From Monocercomonoides exilis PA203 (Eukaryota; Protista; Preaxostyla): a DNA stretch of 64,000 bases. The position numbers and the translations under genes are program-made. The notes below the pieces were generated by a model. It had not been told where the DNA came from, ran no database searches, and worked only from the letters and a program-made list of their open reading frames with translations. Shown here piece after piece: positions 45,748 through 55,700 of this stretch (positions are counted from its first letter, which is position 1; each line of letters opens with the position of its first letter). Location of the stretch: contig LSRY02000013.1 in assembly GCA_001643675.2 (NCBI GenBank), positions 1,302,001 through 1,366,000 of the forward strand. The letters run 5' to 3'.

Positions 45748-48312
45748 TTAGTTGGGAATTTCTGATACCATCATGACTACAGCTTTTGACACTTTCCATT
45801 CCTTCTGAATTTCTTCTTTCTTTGATTGAGCTCTTGTTCTGATAATAAACCTTTTGTCATATTCTGTATCCTCTTTTTCCTCTTCCTTTGGTTCTTCAAT
45901 CTTCGAAGGCATTATTGCTTGGGAGTCGTCGGAAGCTTGGATTTTTTCGTTTCTTTTACTCATATTGTACTGCTTCTTCACAATTGCAACCTTCTTTTCA
46001 TCCTTGTTCTGGCTTTCTTTCCTTCCTTTCTGTTCGACTTTTTCAGCGCGCTGTGCCTGCTTTGTCGATATTTCTGGTGATGAAGCAATCACCTTGCCCA
46101 TTGCTGAAGCCAAATCCGCCCTGAAGTAATGTTTAACCAATGTGTTTGTTTGTGGCGAAAGACGAGCAAACTTTGCAATCTGCACTGGAGGAATACCTGC
46201 CATTGTCAAAGCCGAAATTGAGGCTGCCTTGATTGAGTATGGAGTAAATGTGTCTGGTATCCCGGCGTTGGTCAGTGCTTCCTTGGCAAGTTTGCGAATC
46301 CCTCCTGCTGTCAATGGGGCAAAAGTGTTTGTATTAAGAAGCAGACTGTTTGTGTTTGGGTTAGCTTGTTTTACTCTCTCCCACAAGGTCTTAATCGCGA
46401 TAGCAGGACAAATAAGTGGCAAGTCTGATAAATACGGAACGGCAATCTCTGTGCGTGTCTCCGAAGTCTTCAGTCTCGTGTCAAGATATATTCCTTCTTC
46501 TTTAAACCTTGAATTTCTCATGTCTATTCTCTCAAGCTCTGTAAATCTGCAGGCTGAAAATAACATTGTTAACACAATCACCTTTATTGTCAGTTGCTTA
46601 AAGCTCAATGTCTCATTCGGTCCCTGATCTGCGAAATATTTCAACAACGTCTGTGGGTTCCAAATTTCTCTGTTTTCTTTTCTCTTTGATCTGTTTGTTC
46701 TTCTGAACGCTCTGAATAGCATCTTAATGAGTGGGATATCACCTAAGCACGTATTGAAAACGAGACTGGAATAAAAAGAAACTGCAGCTCTTGTTATCTG
46801 CAGGCACGTGAGCGACATTCCGCCATTTCTAAGGGATAAAAATACATTAGCGCAATTTGATGCCCAATCGAATATATTGTCTGGTATTTCTTTGTGGCCA
46901 CATTCCTTCCATTGCTTTCCAAAATGTGCAAAGCCAAAGAGGTATCCTTTCCACGTTGTCTCCGCTATTCCCTTGTGGCACTCTTCTGCAAGATCTGTTG
47001 CGAAAGCTTTCTGCTCCAAAGCGCGTTTCCACCATTCTTCTCCGTCACGCTGTATGGATTCAACAACACGATCCTCAACCGTCCTGGAGGAAGACTGGCA
47101 TTCGTCCATTGCATTGAAGGGCCTTTCTGTAACACTTCCTTTTGCAGCTTCCAGTCCCAGCTCCTGTGTAGAATCGACTTCAAAAGAGTGTCCCAGTTCT
47201 GGCCTCTCCAGTTCGGCAGGAGTAAGATCACTTGTGCTTTCTCCCTTTTCGCTTTCTGAATCGTTGATACAATCAGCGGCACAGGAGGGTGAGCCAAAAC
47301 AACTTCGTCTTTCCATGGAACCATGAGACCATCCTCTGCAATCGGACTGTTGATGCCACACCATCTCTCCAACTTGTGATTGTGACTTGCTGCAAACGCA
47401 TCCAGTGTCGGTGTCCTCTGAGCTATCTTCAGAATCTCCAGCAGCTCTTCTGTTCGCACTTCGTAATCCCCTGCTCTCTCTAGTCTTGACAGAGCGTCTG
47501 CCCTTGTGTTCTTGATGCCTGGGATGTGTGTGGCTCTCATCTCTATATGTGTTTCTTCCTTCCATCTCCATATCTTTCTCAGTACGGGTCTCAAGTTCTT
47601 TCCTGCATTCCATCTGTTTATATTGTAGACAACAGCTGTATTGTCCGATCTCAGATGCAGTCGACTGATTCCGTTCCTCTGGAGCGCTGGGCCAAAATGG
47701 TTGAGAGCTAACCACACCGCCATTAACTCCCTGTAATTCGATGACTGTTTCGCAAGTTGATGTGGAAACCGATTGTGTGCGTCTAACAGTTGATTGTTGA
47801 TTGACAGCGTAGCCCCCCACGCCACTTCCGATGCATCTGTTGTAATCACTGCCTGTGGGACAAACACTGGAATTAGCTTGCGTTGAGGGCGTGATTTCAA
47901 TATCTTCCTCCATTGCAGAATCTGTTGGATAATGGATGCGTTGATTCTCATCTGTCCGCTCCATCCTTGCAACTCCAATCCTTTTTGTAAGAGGCGATAC
48001 ATGGAATGCAGCCATAGGGAAGTGTCTTGCTGAACGAAACGGATTGCGCTGAGTTTTCCAATGAACGAGGCGAAATCTCTTGTTCTCACCTTCTTGGCTT
48101 TCACTGCTTTCACTTTCCATTTGTCCACTTCTTTCATCAATGCAATTCTTCCACATCGCTTGGATCCCATTTCGGATCAAATCTCCTCCTCCAATCTCTT
48201 CCCATGCCTTTAAGAACAGCACCGTCCTTCCTCCAATGATCTGATCTGGCTGCGACTCTTTCTCTGTTGCTTTCGTTAATTCCTTTGAAGACCCCGACTC
48301 CGACTGGACCAT
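45748..48312 (-). CDS. DIRS tyrosine recombinase ORF (domain about 47050-46120), fused in frame to the pol N-terminus by the internal deletion
   Basis: SAM-like region TWKGY...RAAVS, then W.P..LL, LT.K...L...SACRFTEL, LKT, CPAIAI, YSIKAASISA and KHY. The N-terminus GGRTVLFLKAWEEIG is the typical DIRS pol leader. Confidence 0.88.
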   Translation of the reverse strand: MVQSESGSSKELTKATEKESQPDQIIGGRTVLFLKAWEEIGGGDLIRNGIQAMWKNCIDERSGQMESESSESQEGENKRFRLVHWKTQRNPFRSARHFPMAAFHVSPLTKRIGVARMERTDENQRIHYPTDSAMEEDIEITPSTQANSSVCPTGSDYNRCIGSGVGGYAVNQQSTVRRTQSVSTSTCETVIELQGVNGGVVSSQPFWPSAPEERNQSTASEIGQYSCCLQYKQMECRKELETRTEKDMEMEGRNTYRDESHTHPRHQEHKGRRSVKTRESRGLRSANRRAAGDSEDSSEDTDTGCVCSKSQSQVGEMVWHQQSDCRGWSHGSMERRSCFGSPSCAADCINDSESEKGESTSDLTPAELERPELGHSFEVDSTQELGLEAAKGSVTERPFNAMDECQSSSRTVEDRVVESIQRDGEEWWKRALEQKAFATDLAEECHKGIAETTWKGYLFGFAHFGKQWKECGHKEIPDNIFDWASNCANVFLSLRNGGMSLTCLQITRAAVSFYSSLVFNTCLGDIPLIKMLFRAFRRTNRSKRKENREIWNPQTLLKYFADQGPNETLSFKQLTIKVIVLTMLFSACRFTELERIDMRNSRFKEEGIYLDTRLKTSETRTEIAVPYLSDLPLICPAIAIKTLWERVKQANPNTNSLLLNTNTFAPLTAGGIRKLAKEALTNAGIPDTFTPYSIKAASISALTMAGIPPVQIAKFARLSPQTNTLVKHYFRADLASAMGKVIASSPEISTKQAQRAEKVEQKGRKESQNKDEKKVAIVKKQYNMSKRNEKIQASDDSQAIMPSKIEEPKEEEKEDTEYDKRFIIRTRAQSKKEEIQKEWKVSKAVVMMVSEIPN
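46965..48170 (-). CDS. DIRS pol remnant: RT thumb/connection, RNase H and DNA N6-adenine methyltransferase-like domain
   Basis: FASFIGKL, TTDASEVAWGA, SSNYRELMAV, SDNTAVV, HIPGIKNTRADALSR, LDAFA, HPPVPLI and LLPNW...W. Confidence 0.9.
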   Translation of the reverse strand: MGSKRCGRIALMKEVDKWKVKAVKAKKVRTRDFASFIGKLSAIRFVQQDTSLWLHSMYRLLQKGLELQGWSGQMRINASIIQQILQWRKILKSRPQRKLIPVFVPQAVITTDASEVAWGATLSINNQLLDAHNRFPHQLAKQSSNYRELMAVWLALNHFGPALQRNGISRLHLRSDNTAVVYNINRWNAGKNLRPVLRKIWRWKEETHIEMRATHIPGIKNTRADALSRLERAGDYEVRTEELLEILKIAQRTPTLDAFAASHNHKLERWCGINSPIAEDGLMVPWKDEVVLAHPPVPLIVSTIQKAKREKAQVILLLPNWRGQNWDTLLKSILHRSWDWKLQKEVLQKGPSMQWTNASLPPGRLRIVLLNPYSVTEKNGGNALWSRKLSQQILQKSATRE

Positions 48313-49175
48313 CCTGCTGCTCTCGTTCGGCTTCCATAGCTTCTCCTTCCTGAGAAAGAGCGGGGTCTGTGACGAAAAAACTTCTGACCTGCTCCTCCTT
48401 TTGACGGCGCCTGAACTGGGCTGGCTGAACGGAAATCCATTTTTTCCTTCGTTGCCTCGATCATTGTTTCAAAACCTCTATATTTCCTTCGCGCACTAGC
48501 CATATCCGTTTCTAGCTCCGATTCTTTCAGGATCTGTTCTTGTCTCGATGTCAACAGCCCAGCCGCCGCTTCCGCTCTCATTTTTTCCGCTGCTTTAAAC
48601 CCGAACCGCCCTTGAATTCTGGTATTTCTGGCCTCCTGGAACGCTTTTGCCGTGAGGACAAGCGCATCTGAAGCTCTCTGTCGTGCGCTATCCTTGTTGG
48701 AATCCATTTCGGCTAAGCAAAACAAAACGGCTTTGAAAGCTTGACATAGGCACATCTCCTGTTTATATCCTGCACTGTCAAGTGCATCGTTGAACCAGTT
48801 CTTGGATTTTGTAGCTGGAGGAGGCACTGGCGGTAACAAGGGGCTTAAATCGTGTAACGAATATTCCTGCTGAATTCTTTCCACTGAAAGAGTATGAATC
48901 TGAATGTCGAGTAAAGATTTAACGGGATCCTGTGCAAATACTTCTTCAAAAACAGATGCTGCAGCTTCGTACATGCCTTCTTCTTCTTCTCGTTTGCTCT
49001 TTTCTCTATCTGACGGCTGTGTTGAAGATTCTGTTGGCTGGTTGATAAAAGGAGGAGAAAGGAGCTGCGGCTGCGATTGGATGTTCATCTGGCTTTGCGC
49101 CCCACCTGGCAGTCCGGCTGCTTCGGTCGACGGCGTAAGTCCAGGAAATGTCGCGAACTGCGAAGATTGCAACAT
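48276..49175 (-). CDS. DIRS ORF1 (gag-like)
   Basis: Intact 299-aa ORF directly inside the 5' ITR, overlapping the pol start, with a basic C-terminus. Assigned by position. Confidence 0.7.
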   Translation of the reverse strand: MLQSSQFATFPGLTPSTEAAGLPGGAQSQMNIQSQPQLLSPPFINQPTESSTQPSDREKSKREEEEGMYEAAASVFEEVFAQDPVKSLLDIQIHTLSVERIQQEYSLHDLSPLLPPVPPPATKSKNWFNDALDSAGYKQEMCLCQAFKAVLFCLAEMDSNKDSARQRASDALVLTAKAFQEARNTRIQGRFGFKAAEKMRAEAAAGLLTSRQEQILKESELETDMASARRKYRGFETMIEATKEKMDFRSASPVQAPSKGGAGQKFFRHRPRSFSGRRSYGSRTRAAGWSSRSRGLQRN

Positions 49176-49543
49176 TGATCCGATCGTGGCGATTGACCCA
49201 TTGATCGTGATCTCAAATAAAAGAGAAGGAATTGAATGGATGTTTTTCTTGAAAATAAAGGTGCTTATGCACTTTTATTCAGGTTTTTCAAAAGATATAA
49301 CTTTAACATCAGGTTTGTGGAAGTATTCACTATTGGCAAGAAAATCAAATTATTGATGAATGTCAAATTGAAGCTGTGTGGTAAAGAGAGAGAGATTTTC
49401 TCAGGCAAGCTGTTTGGAGGGAAAGGATATGAAGTGGAGAAAGGTGGGGTCAAGAAAAAGAAGGAGAAGGAGAAAGAGGAAGAGAAAGAGGAAGAGAAGG
49501 AGATGGATATGGAGATGGAGAAGGCATTGAAGGGAGTATTTCG

Positions 49544-50974
49544 GTGAGTGAATCACGATTCTCTTCTTTTTGTGTCTCATCAGCCCTATTCCTCTCATCC
49601 CCTTCAATACCCCTTATATCCCTCTCCAAACTCACTTTTTTCAACATCTCCACAGCAAATGAGGCATGTTCACCTACGTCCACTTCCTTTTGCCAAACAA
49701 ATTGTATGATGAGCAATTGTTCATTTTCATCAGTTTGCGATGCATATGATGGCGGGATTGTCCCTTCCCTCAACAATCCCTATGCCTCTCTGACAGCCTC
49801 AAACACCTCGTTTATTGGGTGTTGCAGGACAAGAAATGTTGAATGCAATGGAACTGAAACTAATAAGCTGACTCCAGGAAGACAGAATACAACAGATAAT
49901 GGAGCAAATTCATTCACTTGGTGCGAATGGAGTGGTTCGAGAACAACAGGAACAGAAAATACATGTGAAGACATTGCTTCAAATGGAGGGGCTATTTGCA
50001 TGCACAGTCAGTCATCAGCCACCGTTTCAATAAAGCACTGCTCATTCAATGATTGTTATGCCAATTATGATGGAGGGGGAGTCATGTGCTATAAAATTAA
50101 ATCCGTTGAAATTGTGAACAATTTGTTCAACTCATGCACAGCTCAAAATCAATGCGGAGGAGGGATGTTCATTAATTTAATTTCGTCGTGTGTTCGGATC
50201 AGCGGATGTGAATTTCAAAAATGTTCTTCATATGGCTGGGGAGGAGGGCTTCATCTCGATAATTTTCAGGTTTCGGGAACAGATTGTATTGGGGAAGAAT
50301 CTGGAGAAGGGGAGAGCGCGTGTGTGTTTGACTGCAGCTTCACTTCATGTTCACTTGCAAGCACAGGCGGTGGAGGCATGTATTGTGCAAATATTCCAAT
50401 CACACAATTCAAAATGAGGAGCATTCAGTTTATTTCATGTTCAGCATCGTCATATGGAGGAGGATTGTATCTTTATCCGTATAGACAGACATCACAAAAT
50501 GATGTAATTTATTGTTATTTTTTGTTCTTCCATGAATGCAAATGCTCTGCAGCCACTCCATATGGGCATGATGTGATGTATTATGATTACTACAGTGTAT
50601 ATTTATCTCAAAATAATCCGTTCTATGAATGTTACACCACAAACACAGATGACCAGAGAGTGTGCTACGGATATAATTATGCAATTGCAAGCGCTTGGTC
50701 ATATAACCAAACATCGAAAAAGGATTGGCTGAAGAGAGGGATTCTCAACCGATTTGTGGCAGTGAGTTGTGGCGAAGAAGAGTTGTGCGGATTGGATGAG
50801 TCAAGTGCATGCAGAACCATTGGCGTTGCAGTTGAAAAGAGCGTGATCCATGTGAGTCTGTCAGTCACACTGACGGAAGGGAATCATCAAAGTGAGACAA
50901 CAACAATCGTTATTGGAGAAAAGAAGATTTCTGTCACTGGGAAAGGAATGGAGCGCTTTGTTGAATATATCTGA
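49544..50974 (+). CDS. GG-motif Cys-rich surface-family protein, truncated at both ends (probable pseudogene)
   Basis: YDGGIVPSLN, FTWCEW, NGGAIC, FNDC.A..DGGG, FNSC.A...GGGM, YGHDV and CG...SSACRTI. No signal peptide in frame and an early stop. Confidence 0.75.
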   Translation: MSESRFSSFCVSSALFLSSPSIPLISLSKLTFFNISTANEACSPTSTSFCQTNCMMSNCSFSSVCDAYDGGIVPSLNNPYASLTASNTSFIGCCRTRNVECNGTETNKLTPGRQNTTDNGANSFTWCEWSGSRTTGTENTCEDIASNGGAICMHSQSSATVSIKHCSFNDCYANYDGGGVMCYKIKSVEIVNNLFNSCTAQNQCGGGMFINLISSCVRISGCEFQKCSSYGWGGGLHLDNFQVSGTDCIGEESGEGESACVFDCSFTSCSLASTGGGGMYCANIPITQFKMRSIQFISCSASSYGGGLYLYPYRQTSQNDVIYCYFLFFHECKCSAATPYGHDVMYYDYYSVYLSQNNPFYECYTTNTDDQRVCYGYNYAIASAWSYNQTSKKDWLKRGILNRFVAVSCGEEELCGLDESSACRTIGVAVEKSVIHVSLSVTLTEGNHQSETTTIVIGEKKISVTGKGMERFVEYI

Positions 50975-52725
50975 AAAGAATGAGATTGAGGAATGGAAGA
51001 AGAAGAAGATGATGATGAAAAAGAAAAAAGTTTAAAAGCAGAAATAGCAGATGCAAGGCTGAAAGATAAGAGGAATGGAGTGTGGTGGGTGAATGAGTTC
51101 TGACAAAAATACAAGAGATAATAAAGTGCAAGAATGATCAGAAACAAGCAGATGAATCTTATTTGAAAAGATTTTTTTTCTGATGGCTTGTCGGATTGTC
51201 ATTTTATTTGATGATCCGTTCGGTGAAAGTGTTGACAATATGAAATAAGTCAAATTCAGCACCTGCTTTTTTGAGTTTTCCATTAAGAAAAGCACGCTGA
51301 AGGATGATGTGCTTGCCTGACTAGTAATTTTTCTAACAAATTTTTGCCTTCTGTTTTTAATTAAATGAAACATAACGATTTGAATATGTCTTTCTTACAT
51401 TTCATAGATTGTTTGTTTAACCTCACGGTTTTTATTTGGTTTATTTGTGTGGGTTTTTCCCCTTCATTTCGCACGTTCACCTACCAAGAGAAATTCATGT
51501 CATTGATATTGCTTATTCAATTCATATGCCTTTGTGATGTGTTACATTTATAGCTTTGTTTTGAGAGCTCTTCCATCAAACTTTTCAAAAAAAAATTATC
51601 AAGATCTCTGAAAATTTTGATGAAAAGAATATTGTTCTTATAGATAAATGATGTGCTCATTTCAAAAACAACAACCAAAACAACAAACAAAATAATGTTC
51701 TGTGTTTTGAAACAATAAGAAAAAAAATGATCCATAAACAAAGAAACAGCCCAATATGAAATTGAATTCTCTGATCCCTTCTTCTTCCAAATCTTTGAAA
51801 AAATATTTCAAAAGGAATCATAGAATAACTTTATCTTTCTTTTTGATTTTTGATTTTTCACTTCTTTTCTATCAAACAAGATTCCATTGACATTAATTCA
51901 CTAAAAAACTTCTTTCATAGCTTTTAATCTATCTACGCTGTTCGCATCATTAATAAAGTTCTATTAAAAATAACGCACATAATAATAAATTGCAATTTCT
52001 AATCATATTCAAAATAACAAATGTTAATTCATTTTCAGATGAAACTTAATTCAAAGCACTTCAAAAGTCATTTCATCGAATCACACTTAACCTTCCATCC
52101 TCATTTGACGTGAGTTGTGCATGTATAGCATCGCAATTCTTAATGATCAAAAAATACGAAAATTTGCATAAAAAACTGTTATAATGGTTGAAATGAAGAA
52201 AACAATATTTTTTGATGATTTTTTTCCAATTCAATCAAGTTTCTTTTTCATTGAATTTTCAACATAAGCTTATTTCTTATTTGTCCCATACCACAACCTT
52301 AAAAAAAAAATCAAACTTCGTACAAAGTTATGATATGAAAAATAATGACCCATTTGAAAATTTCCTTTTTTTATCTATAAAAATAACGGGAAATTTTTTA
52401 AAATAAAAAACAGTTTTAGTTCAATAAAATTTGGTTATTTTCACAAAAAATCATACAAAATAAGTTGTTATTAAAACCAAGCTTAACTAAATAATGATAT
52501 CAAACCGATCATTCTGAGAGCAATAACATTTTTTCTTTTTTGTTCTCAAATCAATCACAAAGTTAAAGAATGATTGAACCAAATTAAATTAAATGTTGAA
52601 TGAACATTTAATTCAATTTTTAATTTCTATATTAACAACTTTAATTACTCCTTCTTTCTTAAAAAACTATTTATAATGGTGAAAAATTTTTGACTTCAAG
52701 TATTCTCATTGAAAAATTATGCACT

Positions 52726-55700
52726 TAGGCCTTTGCGACAGACCGACATTTTTTCATCAGCTCGACAAGTCGACCGACATTACAGTCGGCTTGTATTTTA
52801 TTTTTTCATAAACGAAAAAACAAAAAATTTAAAAAAATTGCTTTTTTGTTTTCATAAAATTATATTTTTAATAAATTAAAAAAAAAAAATTCCACTAGAT
52901 TCGGACAAACAAATATTTAATTTATTGACATTTAAAAATTTCAATGGGTTAACGACAGATCTTTGTCGAGATCAGTCTAACGACAAAGATCAGTCGGTCG
53001 AAAGATCAGTCGGTCGAAAAGATCAATCTGTCGAACGAATATTCTATTTAGAAATCGTTTTTTCTTTCAAAAATTGTTTTTTATTAATACTATTCAAAGA
53101 AAATAATTGTGAATAAGCATTTAAATATGACAGAGATAGAATTTGAGTTTTTGATATATTTTTCGATATTATCATCGTTTGATGAAACATTTTGTTTTAC
53201 ACTTTTTCTGTTTATGTATATTTATGTTCAAATATTTGCTGTCAATAAAAAAGAACTGAATTGAAATCCATAATTATGTTTTTTTAATTTTGTTTAAAAC
53301 ACAATACTCCTGGAAACCGCTGGAAAAGATATGTGGAAGGTTTAACTAATCACTTTGCTTTTAAATTTGAATACGAATGGCAGGACATTGAGATTTGACA
53401 AATTATCTATGCTTGTGAAGAAATTTTGATATTAATTGCGATAATAAGAATAATTTAATTACGAATGCAAAAGGAAAAGAGACTCATTCAAATGGAAATT
53501 GCAAGAAGAATCGAATATATGAAGATAGTTACAATTCAAAAAAATTTCCGGAAGGAAGAAAAAGAAAAAGAATTTACTGAGATTTTGAAGAATGAAGATG
53601 AAAATACTTTGTCATATAAAGTCAAAAGAAGAATAGTGGTTCAGTTGAGCATTTTAATCATAGAAATCATTCGTTTGATGTCTTTAAAACATTTAATAGA
53701 TGCTTTGAAATGCTTTAAATTCAATGGGATATAACCGCGGGATGTGGATTTTTTCAAAAAGGAACATGAAAACAATTTGACATCGAACCTTTCACACGCT
53801 CATTGAAATGGTTTTATACACGAAGATGTGAAGACGGATCACAAAAAAGGCTACCAGTGAAAAGAAGCCAGACCTTGTTTTATTCAGTATGAATTGCTCA
53901 ATTTTCTTCTTCTTCTCTATTTATTTATTTATTAGCTCAGGATTGAAGCAAGAGAAATTCGGATCTGAGGCTTATCAATCTGCGTATCTGTGCAATTTTC
54001 ACTCTGCTGAATGCCTCACAAAAGGAGCAGAGATACGGGCTTCATTCCAAGTATCTCATTTCTCTCAATTTGTGGAAGCCATGCAAGGCTGTGCTATTTT
54101 ATAGAAGACAAATACCAGGAAGAATGAAAAGATGGTGTTTGATCTGACAATTTGGAGGGTTCTGTTTTCCTTGAAGATAAACAACGAGATAATGTAGCTG
54201 ATTCAGGAGGTGAAAGGGGTGCTGCTGAACTAACTGGGGAGCAAAGGCGATGAGCAGCAGATAAATAGTCACATTGATTTTTGTGGTTTGTATGAAAATA
54301 TCTTTGATCCAGTCGAGCTAGCTAAAACCACAAAGATGATTGTCCATTCGCACTTTTCACTGCAAATACGCATGTGGCTGTTAAATGATATTGTGAATCC
54401 TTCTCTTCTCTCTTCGTTGCCTGGGATTTGCACAAGTAAAATGACTAAAGAGCCTCCAAAAGATAGTGAGTCGCAACTATTTTTCAAAGCAAAGTTCATT
54501 AGCTGCCTCATCATGTTCCATTTGCACAAACGCATGACTTCAAAAGAGTCAGAAAGCATTTTGTTTAAGAATCAGATACAGGTTCTGAAGACGACTCTGC
54601 AGAAGACTGCAAAAAGGACAGCTTCTTGAACTGTGTCAACTTCTGTCTTTCATAGTTTGTCTGCTTCTTCATCTTCATCCTTATCTTTATCTTCTTCATT
54701 TTCTTCTTCTTCAAATACTTCAAATACTTCAAATTTTTCTATTTAAACATTTTCTCTCAAGCATTCAGCTTGAAACAAACTTCGCTTCTCATATTCAGAA
54801 CCTCGCCCATCATTTCTTTCTTTTCACTCACCGTTCTTCTCCTTCATTTTCTTCTTTCCTCCACAAAAAGCCTTCCTTGTCCTCATCTGAAAGTCCATCC
54901 AATAGAAGTCGACGAGTCGATAAGCTTCCACTCATAAACCATCACTTCGATGAACCAAATGGGAGAGATACAATGTTTGATCACTGCCTCTTACGATCCC
55001 ATTGCGAAAAGAGGGTCATTTTGCACACTGGAAGTGGTTGGACGAGTGAGGCAGTCAATAGGCGAAAGAGATTTATCGGTTAATGCATATAAAGATGGAG
55101 ACAAGAATGCAGAAAAGAAAAGCAGAAACATATATGCAAATACTGCAAATGCATATTATTTTGGAAAAAGTCGAAGAAGGCATTAAGATGAATGCAAATA
55201 GAAAAAGAAAAGAGAAAGAGAAAGAAAGAAAGAAAATTTCAAAGCGATGAAAGAGATTGATTGTTATGGAGAAAAAGCTGACGAAGAAAGAAAATAAGAC
55301 CGTGACTTGAAGCAAGGAACTGTTCGTGAGATGAGACATCGATCTCTCCAACAGTAATGCACAAAGCCATCAATCACCTATCATCTCCATCTTCAACATA
55401 TCCGTCTTTAACAAGCTCATTGTTATCAACTCCAGCTACGTGATAAATGTGTGGAACGCAGCGGAAAGGCAAGGGAGTTTCATAAAGTATTCCAGTGTTT
55501 GATTTCTATTCGATGTGTGTATCGATAAGAGAGAGAGAAGGGTTATTAGAAAAGTTTTCGATGGGATAGTGTTAATGACCAACTGTTACACTGGTGCAGC
55601 CTTGAGAGATGAACATTATATTTTTCATCCTGCGTTAGATATCCAGAAGGAAAATCATGTGATATAACGGTTCAAAACACAGAAAATATACATCTTTCTC

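Larger units (their letters stand above)
45405..49279 (-). mobile_element. DIRS1-type tyrosine-recombinase retrotransposon with ITRs and ICR; RT core deleted
   Basis: Non-identical inverted termini at 45405-45473 and 49187-49279 share ATTCAATTCCTTCTCTTTTATTTGAGATCACGATCAATGGGTCA. The ICR at 45637-45743 is complementary to both outer ends. gag-like, RNaseH-methyltransferase and YR ORFs overlap. Confidence 0.93.
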
